In this document: piece by piece, positions 51,153 through 64,000 of the stretch
Numbering within the stretch: the stretch's first letter is position 1
How the letters are laid out: each line of letters starts with the position of its first letter
Assembly: GCA_973895155.1 (NCBI GenBank)
Contig: OZ316892.1
Span: forward strand, 25,381,233-25,445,232
DNA length: 64,000 nt
Reading direction: 5' to 3'
Source: Marsupella aquatica
Lineage: Eukaryota > Plantae > Marchantiophyta
The notes under the pieces: generated by a model
The model's input: the letters and a program-made list of their open reading frames with translations, nothing else
What the model was told of the DNA's origin: nothing
The model's database searches: none
Translations under genes and position numbers: made by a program

Positions 51153-54100
51153 AGTCCAGATGTTGCCCTTTGCATTTCATCCAGTAACAACGGTGATGAA
51201 TGGATTTTAGACTGTGCCTGTACCTATCATATTTGTTGTATGAAAGAGTTTTTTAGTTCTTACTCAGTATCAACCGGTTCCGTGTTGATGGGGAATGATC
51301 ATCCTTGTCAAATTATTGGAATTGGATCCGTGAAAATTCGGATGTTTGATGGAGCTGTGCGAACAGTGAGTAATGTCAGACACATACCTGACATGAAAAA
51401 GAACTTGATTTCTCTTGGAATGCTGGAAGCAAATGGATGTCGGTGGAGTTCTGCTGATGGTATTCTTCAAGTGTCAACCGAAGGCAAGGTTGTCATGAAG
51501 GGTAAGCGGCACAGGAATCTATACCTGTTGGAGGGCAACGTGATTTGTGAAGAAGCCAATGTAACTAGATCTCAATGCGAGATGACTCAGTTGTGGCACT
51601 GCAGATTGGGACACATGAGTGAAAAGGGTTTGGCGGTACTTCGCAGGCAAGGACTTCTTTCTAATTTGGAATCTACTAAGCTAGATTTTTGTGAACACTG
51701 TGTGCTTGGGAAGCAGCACAGGAGAACCTTTGGTGTTGGAACTCACAATACCAAAGCTATACTTGAGTATGTACATAGTGATGTGTGGGGTCCAGCCCCA
51801 ACTCCCTCTTTCTGGAAAATTGTACTATGTCACGTTCATTGATGATTACTCACGGTATGTGTGGATCACATTTCTACACGCCAAGTCTGAAGTTTTTGGC
51901 ACTTTTAAGAAGTGGAAAGCCCAAATTGAGAATCAGACTGGCTCCAAGGTGAGATATCTGCGATCAGATAACGGCGGGGAGTATAGTTCAAGTGAATTTG
52001 AACTATATTGTGCAGAGCAAGGGATTACTCATCATCTCACGATAGTTTATACTCCTCAACAGAATGGTGTTTGTGAGCGGCTAAACCGAACACTATTGGA
52101 GCGATCAAGGAGTATGTTGAGCCAATCAGGTTTACCGCATGAATTTTGGGCTGAAGCTATAAATACGGCAGCTTATTTGGTAAATCTTTCTCCTTCAAGT
52201 GCAATCAATTTCAAGACGCCGTTTGAAATGAGGTATGGACGGCACGCAGACTATCAGGTTTTGAGAGTCTTTGGAAGTGATGCATATGCTCTCACACCTA
52301 AGCAGAATCGATCTAAACTAGATTCTACTTCCAAGAAGTGTCTTTTTCTTGGTTATCAACCAGGTGTGAAAGGTTACAGGCTATGGGATCCATAAGCTTG
52401 TACGTTGCTTGTCAGTAGAGATGTATCTTTTAATGAATCCAGATCATCAAAGGAGGGGGAGAATGCTCAGGCTTCCCGTACTGACAAAGGTAAATCTCCT
52501 ATCCTGGACCATGTTGTGGGGGAGATTGGTCATGAGAGTTTTCATGACATAAATGAAGGAGGTGCTCCGAGAATGGAGCTGGTTCCGGTAATGGAACAAG
52601 AGGAGCAGGCTGTTGATGGAATACCTCAAATTCAACCAACAGAACAAGATCAACCAGAATCATCAGCTAGAAAATCGAGACATACTACTCGAGCTCCTAC
52701 AAGGTATGGACAATGGACAGATTCATCAAGGTTAGATGATGTTGACATTGCACCTGATGATGATGACAGAGCACTGATCTTGGAAGAAGGAGAACCTTCT
52801 TCTTATCATGAGGCGTGCATTTCAGACGAGAAAGATGAATGGAATGCAGCGATGCAGAGGGAGTTGCAATCTTTAAGTTACAATAGAACATGGGAGCTGG
52901 TGCAGCTGCCAAGTGATCAACAAGTGGTGGATAGCAAGTGGATTTACAAGCTGAAGGACAACTCTTCAGATGGAGGAGACAAGATATACAAGGCAAGGCT
53001 TGTTGCCAAGGGATTCACTCAAGAGAAGGGAGTGGATTACAATGAGGTCTTCTCTCCAGTTGCCAAGTATTCCACGATACGAATTTTGTGTCAACTTGTT
53101 GTGTTTTTTGATCTGGTGTTAGATCAAATGGATGTTGTTACTGCTTTTCTCTATGGCACCTTGGAGGAACAAATTTTCATGAGGCAACCACTGGGCTTTG
53201 TGAAGAAGGGCCAAGAGAGTTTAGTTTGCAGGTTACTTAAGTCCTTGTATGGATTGAAGCAAGCTCCTCGGCAGTGGAACAAGCGGTTCGATGATTTCAT
53301 GCTTGCACAAGGATTCACTAGGATGGTGTATGACCCTTGTGTGTATACGAAATCAGTCAAGAATGGTGTGTTTGGTTTGCTCATTCTGGTGCTCTATGTG
53401 GATGACATGTTGATTGTGGCTAAGGATCAAACTAAGGTTGACAAACTCAAAGCAAAATTGAGTTCTGAATTCCGAATGAAGGATCTTGGGAAAGCCAAGA
53501 GGATCTTAGGTATGGAGATTACGAGGAACTTTGAAACTGGACAGTTGTAGTTGAATCAAGGCAAGTATGCTGAAAAGGTACTTGCAAGATTCAACATGGA
53601 AAATTGTAAGCCAGTAAGTATTCCTTTGGCTCCACATTTCAAGTTATCATCGGCTTTCTGCCCCACGGATCCAGTGGAGAGAGGTTTGATGACTAAGGTT
53701 CCATATGAGAAGGCAGTGGGCAGTCTAATGTATTTGATGACATGTACCAGGCCTGATCTAGCCCTAGCAATGGGCAAAGTGAGTAGATTCATGTCAAATC
53801 CAGGGAAGGTACATTGGGAGGCTGTGAAATGGATTCTCAGGTATCTTAAGGGCACAATAGACTATGGTCTATTGTTTGATAGTAGATCAAACAAAACCAA
53901 ATCTTTGGTTGGCTATGTAGATTCTGACTACGGAGGCTGTCTGGAAACAAGGAGGTCAACGACTGGGTATGTGTTTACTCTTGGAAGAGGATGCATAAGT
54001 TGGAGATCTACCTTGCAGAAGTGTGTATCTCAGTCTACTACAGAAGCAGAATATGTTGCAGCAGCAGAAGCAGCAAAGGAAGCAATTTGGTTGGATAAGC

Positions 54101-54378
54101 TGGTCACTGAGATGGGATTGGAGCATGGAAAAATGACTCTTCATTGTGACAGCCAAAGTGCGCTTCACCTAGCTATTAACCAGGTTATGGATAGCAGGGT
54201 GAAACACATTGACATCGGGTACCATTTTATTAGGCAAGCAGTGTCTGATAAAATGTTTGAGCTAGTCAAGATTGATGGAAAGCTCAACCCGGCTGATGCT
54301 TTTACCAAAGTGATTCCTTTGGAGAGTTACTCAAGACACCGTGCTACTTTGCAAGTTTTGCATTTGCAGCACAAGTAG
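51153..54378 (+). pseudogene. Copia pol (PR-IN-RT-RH), disrupted
   Basis: WILDCACTYH, LWHCRLGH, HSDVWGP, RSDNGGEY, YKARLVAKG, LYVDDM, GYVDSD and KHIDI motifs. Frameshift near 51810, TAA at 52393-52395, TAG at 53548-53550. Confidence 0.95.
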
Positions 54379-54582
54379 AGTAACTTAAGAATATGTAATT
54401 TCTGTATATGGGTTACTCAATCCTGTTATGGCTACGGCTTAATTCTAGTTAACCCTTAGTTAACCTTAAATGGTTTTTAGGGGGACACCTATGGTTTTAG
54501 GTGATTGTCTAGAATTTCCCGCTGAGTATCTCATATGGATAGCAAAAATTGCAGTCCCCAAGACTAGAGTCAAGGGGGAGTT

Positions 54583-54899
54583 TGTTAAGGATTGCTCTTA
54601 GTCTTGTGACTCATAGGTTACGGCACTTAGGCTAACCACAGTTAGGATCTTAGCTGAGGTTAGATTAGTCGTGTGTGACCTTGTATATACCAGGGCTAGT
54701 GTAAGCCGCTGGTGGGTGGTGCTTACTCATTGTAACAGAACAACAAGAGGAAGAGAGAGAGCATGTGTGTTCGTCTACTCTTGAAGTAAAGCTTGAATGT
54801 TCGTGTGGACGTAGCCTTGGAGAAGAGGTGAACCACGTAGAGATTGCATGGAATGAGTCATGGTTGTATGGTCGTTGCGAATGACGTCTTAGTTCAACA
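54583..54899 (+). repeat. Copia 3' LTR (317 bp), preceded by PPT AAGGGGGAG (54572-54580)
   Basis: Matches the 5' LTR except for about 3 substitutions and a 15-bp deletion (counted by eye). Confidence 0.96.
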
Positions 54900-57800
54900 G
54901 GGGGCTAAACAAGCTAGAAAGTTTTTTGTGGCAAGGGGTCCATCAAGCATATCCCTCCTTCATTGTCGAAAGTCTGAACCTTGCTACAAGGAGACCATCC
55001 TTGTTAAGTGAGTCTCATTACGGGCAAGAAATTGAAAATAACAAATTTCACAAAAGAGTTTTAACAATCAATAACAATAATATTTGACTGAACAAAGTGG
55101 TGAGATTTAAGTGTAATAGATCTATATGTTGGGGTAGAGTAATTGTGGTTGGGTCACAAATATCTATAGTTGACCCTAAACAGGCACATTTCGTCGTTCA
55201 GTGTTGTGAGCACTCTGTGTTGAGAGACCTGAAATGTATGTTGGGACTGTCAGGATCAGCCTTTTTATTTCTAAGTTTTGGGAGGAGGTAGATTTGCCAC
55301 TTCGCACCTCTTCTGGTGCAAGAGGTATTTTATGCCCAGTGTGTAACTATGTATTTCATTTGAATTGTTTTTATCTAATCTGAATACTTGTGATCCAGGT
55401 CCTGCTGCTTGTTATGATCTTTCACCATCTTGTATCTGGACAGCTAATATGCGAATTGTCCCCAAATGTCTCTTGGCAGTATTTTCACTCATGGAGTTTT
55501 GTAGGCACATGCAAAGGGTACACATGCCCTGGATGGGTAATTCATGGACACTGGCAAATTTGGGAAGGCTGCAGTTTTTTGGTCCCTACACCTTCCAACC
55601 CTACAAACTCAATAGTTTACCAATCCAGAGGGCAGAACATTGTCCTTTGCACACACGTGGTACAATTGGGTGTCAGCTCCCTTTTGTATGGAAAAGAGGA
55701 TAGTGCCCAAAATTGATTCATCAGGGCACACCTCAGAAGCTGGGGGTTTGCTTAAGTAGTGTATTTCTTAGAATACCACATATGATCCTCATATAATTAA
55801 AATAACTGTATTCTACAAAGCAAATATTCAAAATTAAAGCCTGGATGAACCTCACTTAGAATATGAAGCCCAGATGGACTTGCTCAAACATTTAAACTGT
55901 CTCAGATGACACATTTCACACTTCTGATTGAAATGTGACCTGTATACGGCTCCTTACAGTTTTGCAGCAGGTTTCAATTACATTACCAATCTAACCGGTT
56001 TCCTGGGTAACTTGCCGACTGATGACCTTGAATCTGAAAGATGTCAGGATGTCATGCCATTATTTAGGATTACCATGGCGTCTTGACTAGTTTCTCCCCA
56101 AGGTAATCAAAGTTGTCAACTACGATTGAGGCTCAATCGCCTTGCCAAACTCTAAACATCATTTTGGCAGTCAGTTTTTTTCTTTTGACTGACCTTACTG
56201 AGTCACTTTTTCACTCAGTGGCCTAGCCAACATAAACTCAAAGGGAAAACATCACTTGCCTGCCAAATCTTGCTGAGTTACTTGTTTTTAGCTCAGCAAC
56301 CCCACTAAGTAGGAAGGTTGCCCCCGGCCACTCTTCCTATTCTTGGTATTTTTTTTATTACTCACTAACATTCACAACTTCAATCAAAATAGTATAAAAT
56401 TAATATTCTGGCTAGCATGTGACATCGTCTAATTTGTAGTCAACCTCCCCCCCCCCCAAAAAAAAAAAACCCAACTCCACTCAAAAGAGGGCTTGCCACA
56501 GCCGAAACTGGCCAAGCCATGAGAAGCTGCCAAACGCACATGAGGTGGTGACACATCTCGAGGGGACTGACATTCTATTTGCACATGCAATGGTGCTACT
56601 TTAGAGCTACTTTAGATGAATTTTGCCCCAATAAATTTGTCTGTGAGTGTACTTTCGATAGCCGTTGTTTGAATGGCTGTTTTTTGATATTTTTTTATGA
56701 GCTTTCCTGGTGACGGCAACATACTGCAGAGTGGCATTGTGCTCCACTTAAGACTCGATACTCGGGATAAGCAGACTCTGGGAACCTTGATGGACATATG
56801 ACCATTTTTGATGGATGGATGGCACGAGAATTGGTCTTAACCATACTCAAATGTGGTGCCATATATTCCCAACTATGGGTTTGGGTCTTTATGGTTTGCT
56901 GCTTTATTCATTGCCAGATTAAATTGAGCTCGATATTAGAAAGGCCTAGTTTGAAATATCCATTTTGACCAAATAATATTTCTAGCTTTTGGCAGAGGAG
57001 ACTCATCCTGTCAGGCAATTAGATTATTGTATGAGGGAGGTATTTGGTTGTTTATGTCAGAAAACCCCTTTATATTTCCTTTCCTCTAAAGGCTAGATCC
57101 TTCCTAAGGAGGAAACTAGCAAAATTACTTTATGCGGGTTAAGAACTCTATCAACTGCCAAGACTTAGCCCTGATTTTGTACCCCTGTTGAGCCAAGTAA
57201 ACACCTTTTGAGTTTTGTCTCTCACCCTCATGCGTCTCCTCCTTTGCATAAGAGTTTTTCCCAGGTGTGCAAGGGCCTTGAGGATGTGCTTTCTCCTGTC
57301 TCCCACCTATCCTGCACATGGATGGACAGACAAGCAGCCTTATTGACCATCTAGAGCCCTCTCGTTTCTCAGGAATACACACTTTTGCACATTGGCCCAT
57401 TGGGCGATTGTAATCATTGTTCTATCATCTATAAATTGGTGGGTTCCCTCTCTAGAAAATACATAATTTGGCTCTTGCAATATCTGCTTATTTGTTAACG
57501 GACTTAAAGAGAGAAATGTGAGTAGGCAGTGCACAGTATGTAAATGCAAGAAAAAATCTAAAGATTGGTTAGTAGGCCGAATACAAATATAAAATAGAAT
57601 GCAATAAAGTCTCTAATGGCTTTGGATTATTTTCCACAAAAAAGAACGAATTAGACAGGAGAAAAAGGAAAAATTGATCATTGATTGGAAAGATTTTCCA
57701 AAAAGCGGCCAATTCACTAAAAAAGGAGAAAACAGAAACATCGGTTGGAAAAGAGAAAGTTCAGAACAAATCCATCCTAGTCACTTTTTGGTCCCCCCAC

Positions 57801-60800
57801 CACCAGCCAAAAAAGAACCAAAACTTTTACACGGAAATAAAATTGGGATTGGACTTGCCCATAGATGGTTGTGTGGTAGCTCATTTGAGTTCAGACTCAT
57901 ATTTCTAGAGTTCAAATGTTGTGATTGATTGTGATAATTCACTTGAATTGAAACTCATAGGTCTAGAGTTCAAATGCTCTGATTGATTGTTTCCTTCTTT
58001 TTGTGAAACCTATTTCTCTTTATTTTTTATTACGGACCCCCATTAGGGGTCCTTTCCAAAATTCCTGGCTTCAAAGTGCGCCACATCATCATGGCATGCT
58101 TCAAACAGGAAGAAACTTGTTTTTGAATAAAATTAACTTCTGCATTCGTGTTTGTGGCAACTTTGCTATAAAAACTGGGATGCTATGCCGTAAAAAAGAA
58201 TTAAAAAAAACTGACATGCAAATCAAAAGACAAAGAGATTGAGGTAAAACTGCTTCTAGTAACGGTTTTATTTACATTTTGATTTTATTCAAAATATAAA
58301 ATTTTCCCGATAGCAATTTTTGATTTGACATTGCTGAGTCAAATCATAATGAAAACTCACGTATAATATGGTGTTGGAAAAATCTTGAAGAGATGGTCCT
58401 AATGAGCTCAACATTGTAACCATTAGATAAGAATTGAGTAAGTAGTTTGAAAAATGGATGTTACCCGTGATTTCATAATCTCTAACGTGAATAAAAATCT
58501 ATGTTGTACAACCCCTGAAATGTTGACCCCTTCGATGAGAATGAACCTAAAATTGACAGATTTTATCGAGTACTAAGAAGATTATGAATTTTAGAGTTTC
58601 TCTAGCTTTTTAATGGACTTAACATTGATAGATTTAGTTGAGTTCTAAGGAGATTATAGATAGATTTGTTTTCATGAAACTTTTTGTCTTAAATAATTAT
58701 GCGAAGTTAGTGATTTGATGACACCGATGACTTTTCTCTTTTCGTCTTTCTGTGTGTAAGAATTGAAAAGTGATTATTTTCGATGCAACTTGAGTGCATC
58801 CAGCATCCCTTCGGTACCATGGAGGAAACCATTGAGGACATTTTTGCTAAAGTGGGCAATTAAGTTACCCACACATTAAACAGTAGTTCACATTGCAGCT
58901 GGTTTTGTGATTGATGTTAATTATGGTTGCCTTGGTAACTTTGGCAACTGTTTCAAGTGTTACACATTGACTTGTCCATTTTTGAATTCTTTAGATTTGG
59001 AGGTCCATCTAGGCTTCGGTTTCTAGATAACAGCCTCTAAAATAACATGGGGGTACACAGATTAATTTAAATTGGGATAGACTAACTTTTGGGTTTGCCA
59101 AAATGCTTGGATGTACATTTGTAACTATCATCACAATAGAGCATAGTAATAACTACCTGTTAAAAATCATTTTTGACCTAGTATAGAAGCTTAGTCTCTC
59201 AAAGTGCACACTCTTGGGAATAATCATCTGTGTGCACTTCATACAGGTTTGCCCTTCAATATAAGTGCAAAATGATGCATTTATCTATAAGAGCTACAAT
59301 GCCTCCATGTGCAATGGGCCCCCATGGCAGTGAACATTCTCATGACTCCCCACTCTAAATTGTGCAGCCTTGCACTAAGGATGATCCTCTTCTGAATTAG
59401 TGTAATTTTTACTTTGCAGACAAAAACATTGCACTTATCAGGAAACGTAATCGGATGGGAGTGTGCGCTTACCAATAAGTGTTCATGTACACTTATTGGG
59501 GGTTTACACAAAGTTGTGTAAAAAGGGAAGAACTGGGAGCCTTGGAGTTAGCCAGGTTTTGCACTGGTGGGGTGTGCACTTAGAGAGAAACGACAGTACA
59601 CACATCTAGCAGGGTTCTGCTCAATTGATCAAATTTGTTCCATTGATAGATGAGTCCCTCGTTTTCTCACCAAAACCAAATCTTTGGTCTCGTTGGATTA
59701 GTCTCAGTAAATTTCTTCCAAAGGCACCCAGACAGATACCTGTCGACCTGGGGTTCTAGAGATTTTTGCAAGAAATTTTGGATCAGCGAACACTGGAAAT
59801 TTATCGAAAGGAGTCAAAAACACTACGAGAATTTTCACCTTCCATTTCTTCCTCATCCTTCGTCCAAATAGACTTTAGGGGCCTGTCTTCACTTCCTCTG
59901 TGCATCCAGTTTACAAGCAATTTGGTTTCGTAACAATACAGATACAATCACAACAATCAGGGGTAATGAAGCATTCAGGGTTTCAAGGCTATCAATCACA
60001 TCGTTGCAGATTGAATTGTTGACTTGTAATTGCATATATTTTCCAATGTGGACAAAATTGAGAGCCTTTCCAGTGTAGGATTCTTAGCAACTCCTGAGTC
60101 TCAATCTTCAGTCAAAACTATAGTACAATTCAATTCCCCGGCTTCAATTCATGCGCGCATGAAATCGTACTTCTCAATTTCAGTAAGCCTAGCAATGGAG
60201 CAGCGCAATAGAGCACATCGAGTTAAGTCTCTCTTTGCAGGACCTCTCTGAAGGCAGGTTTGATTTCATCACCGTTCTAGCATGTCAGGCCTTCGCATGT
60301 CAGGCCTTCAACATCGATTGCTCATGGACGAAGCTTCTCACGCAGTTCACCGCCAATCTATTCTGTGTGGCGATGAACGTCAATTCGTTTCAAGATTCGG
60401 GATAATTCTCTCATACCTGGACTTTGTGTGCTGTACGGGGCCTTGTTAGGTGCTAGCAGATTCTCTTGGATGGAACCATCTGGCTGAATCTGTCAACGTT
60501 CTGTCCTGAGCGATGGTTAGACCTTTACTCCTTGAGCTTCTCTCTCGATTTGGTGCTGACGTGCTTTATATTGTCTATGGTCTCTCAAAAAATTTTGAAG
60601 CTTGGAATGAGTTTACTGGAATTTCCTTCCCAAAACCAGAGAGAAGTGGGACTTGCCAGGATCATAGCTGCGGCCCAGGTTGAATCTACTTTCCTTTCCC
60701 CTGTCGAACGTGATGTCAAGCAAACACTTTCTACCACCGACTCCACGAGCAGCATCCGTAAACTTCATTGGAGGAGAACAAGTTGTGAAACTTTCAGTGA

Positions 60801-61419
60801 TCTTGGATCAAAATATTGACTTCTAGCAGCAGTCAGCAGCAAAGATTTGATCGCACTATGTAGAGAGAAAGTGAGGAGAGTTATCGATGAATCAGTGACA
60901 GTGCCAATGTGTTAGGACCTCGTGCTAGGACCAATTTTCTAACGCCTCTGTCGATTTCATGATTGAATAACGTAAGTACATATGCTGGCTATTTTAGCTC
61001 CTAGCCCCGCTCCTAGCACAAAGTCCCTAGCGAACTTGTCAACCGTGAGACTCAAAGTAGGAAATTCATGCTATGATGACTTTTGGTGACTCCAGGATAA
61101 CTTCTTTAGTTTGATTCTTACTCCCAAAACGCAACATTCCACATTGTTGGCACTGTGGGCAACCCTGCGCTCTGAAATGATTGGAATCATAATTATCTGG
61201 GTTTACTCAAATGACTGATAAAAATAACAAAGCTTGAGAAATTTAATCTCTTTGAGAAACTTGATTTGGAGAGACGAAGGCTCAACAGCCCCCAAAGTTT
61301 ATAAGTCACCCACCGGACGCCCACTTAGGGCCGTTCTATGTCTTTCCATCCAAAATATGGGGGAAGGGCCAATTACCTACAAAAAGTTAAAATGCCTTTG
61401 CCAAAATGTGGCAGGTCTG

Positions 61420-61560
61420 GAGATAATGAATACAAGGCCCTGAATACCGATGGCTGCTTGGACCATTCTTCTAGACCAGCTCAAGAGGAGAGATAATGAA
61501 TACAAGGCCCTGAATACAGATGGCTGCTTGGACCATTCTTTTAGACCAGCTCAAGAGGAG
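61420..61560. repeat. 70-bp tandem duplication
   Basis: GAGATAATGAATACAAGGCCCTGAATAC...CTCAAGAGGA starting at 61420 and 61490. Confidence 0.9.
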
Positions 61561-61609
61561 GTCTAAGTTTTTGACAAAATAGGATGTACACATCAACAAA
61601 AATAGGGGT

Positions 61610-62360
61610 CAAAGTGGGCATAGCCTTCAATAGAGTTCATTGCGTAACCACACGGATGAAAAGCAAATTCACATTTTTGCATTGAGGTGACAGCTTTCGA
61701 TCCCTGCTGCTGTTGTCATTTATAGAGCAGAGTTTGTACGATCCTCATTGAAAAATTGAGCCGCTTTTGTCACATCCAATTCAGTCCGACACATCTCCAG
61801 TGTATGTTCGCTCTGTCGGACAATAATCATCTGATGCACTGTATACGTGCTAGTGAGAGGACATTGCATCGGATTACCCATCACGAAGGCAAAGCCTCCT
61901 GATCCCAACTTCCAAAGTAGTGCTCCAAATATCTAACGTCTTCAGCATGAGGAAAAGGCAGCTCTGAAGGGGGAAAAAAACGTTCCACGTGTTAACGTGC
62001 TCGATCAAAGCCTGACGGAGAGACCCACAGCAAATTCGAGGTATGGGATGGCCTTCAAGATCTGTGTCGTGCCACACGTTTAAGAACGATCTTCCAACGG
62101 TAGATGAACAGGCTGGACTCCGAGAGGACATAGGAATCGAGTTCTTCGTTTGCAAGTTTTGCCTCGACTTTTACCACAATCGAGCATCCGGCAGCATCAA
62201 GCATGAGGTCAATATCAGCTCTAGGTAAGGCCCTTAAACCTCGACCACTAGGGTCAGCGTGAATGGGAGCATAGTAAAATTCTACTTCCAATCTCTTCTC
62301 GGATCTTTCAAACCCCTGGGTATGACTTTGACTTTTCGTCACAGGCCTAATCACTTTCAT
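61610..62360 (-). pseudogene. SAMDC: S-adenosylmethionine decarboxylase pseudogene (frameshifted, 3'-truncated)
   Basis: GFE.SEKRLEVEF, GLRAL, DSYVLSESSLF (proenzyme cleavage site), CGTT, LGSGG.AFVMG, TLEMC..LD and HPCGYAMNSIEG spread over several frames. Confidence 0.88.
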
Positions 62361-62947
62361 GTGAAACAGACATCCCCATTCTGACAAAAGAGAATAAATC
62401 AACAAGCTAGGAAGAGGTTTCCCCAAATGATGGGCTATGCAGTAGGAAAGGAGGCCTCCGTGCAGAAATCAAGTAGACCATTCCAGCCCATGGTCTGTAG
62501 ACTCCCTTTGATTGGACTCCATTTCCTGATGGACTAAATGAATGCGCATGAGTAGTAGGGTTGAGTGCATCCTACGCATGAAGAGCCGACCCAGTCCTGG
62601 AATTGTTCCAGGATTTCATTTGGATGTATCAAAATGGCTTCCTCACAGACTATTGACACAAGACATCATGACATTTGGCAATCAGGCAACATTTCAGGAT
62701 AACAAAATGCATAATGAATGAGTGTTCGCGAAAACCCAAATGAGCCACACGGCTAGAACATTATGACAACGTTACCCAGAGTCCATCATTGCAAGGTAGA
62801 CCAGGAGGTCAGCAACTAGAAGACTACCTAGTAAGACTACCAAATCCTGGTCTGACCTAGGTACCATTACGCACTAGACTTAGATTATTTGAATTTAGTG
62901 ATGGGTAGGTTGAAATGAGATCAGGGGCTAAACTCACATCAGAGTAA

Positions 62948-63076
62948 CTATGAAATGCTTCTGAATTTCTTGACACCACCGTTCGGTTGCACATCCTCTA
63001 CCACGTGGCCAAGGGGAGACTCATATTGCCATAAGCTCCGATTGGGATCTTGCTTGTAACTTCCTTTAGCGTTCAT
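62948..63076 (-). promoter_or_regulatory. Conserved SAMDC small upstream ORF (degenerate)
   Basis: MNAKG..YESPLGHVVEDVQPNGGVKKFRS matches the plant SAMDC uORF consensus YEAPLGYSIEDVRPNGGIKKFRS. The start lies in a TAATG context, ~600 bp upstream of the main ORF. Confidence 0.85.
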
Positions 63077-64000
63077 TAGAACAGTAAGGGTTTTTGCGAC
63101 CATCATATGAAAAGTGGCCTACTGCCAGATTTCATAAAAAAAACCCGACTATTTGACGGGCCATCAAGCAGCTGTAGGAAAGTGTGGATGAATTTTAGTC
63201 AAGCCTCTGGTAGCAGCAGTAGCAGCACCCTTCAGGTACCGGATCTGCCCTTCCCTTTGCCTATTTGAGTACGTCACATCTGTGAGCATCCATTCTTGTT
63301 TTCACAAGAATACGAACACAAGGTGCAGTCTCTTTAGATTCACCACCACGAGATGGGACATATAGGAGCACAAAACCCTCGGGACAATAAGGTAGAACAA
63401 TGAAAGCTTAAATTGAGTCTCCAACAAAGAAAATTGATCAATGCCAACCGATTCACGAGTTCAACATCAGAGAGAGTGGGAAACGAGTACAGGAATCTAA
63501 CTAGAAATTTCATAGCTTTAACTGGACTAGATGTCCTGCACATAGCGCAACTGATTTCCAACTGAGTCTGTCTGCAAATTGACTGACCTCGCAAAGGAGG
63601 TAATTGAACTCTAGTCTAGACAACCAGAGAGAAAGACATGATAAGGAGAAGCTCGCTAAATGTTCATCATCACAATCTTCAGCATTGAAAAGGCGGATGC
63701 CTGTTTAAATCATGCAACGCCTAATCAGTTGGACTTTTCTAAGGCGTGACGATCAAATCCTGCAATGGATGGTCGCAGCAACGTAATTGCCTTTTGTTTT
63801 GAATGCAACATACAGAATCCCTGATGACTTTTACAAGACCAAACAAGAGATACAAACAACTGTAGAGAAAATTGATACCACTCAAAAATGAAAGGTAGAA
63901 TCTCCACCCAAGGATGCTGAAGAGATATCCAAAGTCTCAACAGCAAGTCCATAAAGGCTGGACCCTAAACGGGACCCTAAAATTCACAATTCATAATATT

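Larger units (their letters stand above)
48262..54899 (+). mobile_element. Full-length Ty1/Copia LTR retrotransposon
   Basis: Two TG..CA LTRs, TSD GGGGG (48257-48261 and 54900-54904), PBS, PPT, and gag-PR-IN-RT-RH order. Confidence 0.97.

Noticed and set aside
55365-55716. Two overlapping ~110-aa ORFs as a host exon
   Set aside because: No recognisable motif or supported splice structure.
60466-60819. FCPERWL as a cytochrome P450 PERF motif
   Set aside because: No ExxR upstream or heme-binding FxxGxRxC downstream.

Overview
Eukaryotic, repeat-rich DNA, most likely from a land plant (a non-seed lineage is inferred, not proven), with no intact host gene recognised. (1) ~1-11710 (-): a decayed Ty3/Gypsy LTR retrotransposon whose pol carries a DNMT3-like C5 cytosine methyltransferase between protease and RT, and a PHD finger after the integrase. 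It is interrupted by a 1.95-kb solo LTR and two MITEs. (2) 15845-33952: an 18.1-kb DNA transposon with bipartite TIRs and an exact 8-bp TSD (TCGGTCAT), inserted into a CRE-type non-LTR retrotransposon. It encodes two different DDE transposases (a P-element-type enzyme and an apparently intact RAG1/Transib-like enzyme) plus EDM2/NSD-type PHD, Pol X-type BRCT, BAH-like and Cys-rich cargo ORFs. Three ~290-bp MITEs with related termini and 8-bp TSDs occur elsewhere in the window. This element is the best candidate for an undescribed system. (3) 48262-54899 (+): a young full-length Copia element whose gag and pol are in one frame separated by a single TGA. (4) A SAMDC pseudogene retaining its conserved uORF, a possible NB-ARC remnant, a second solo LTR and several tandem repeats. 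All protein assignments come from reading motifs by eye; no searches were run.
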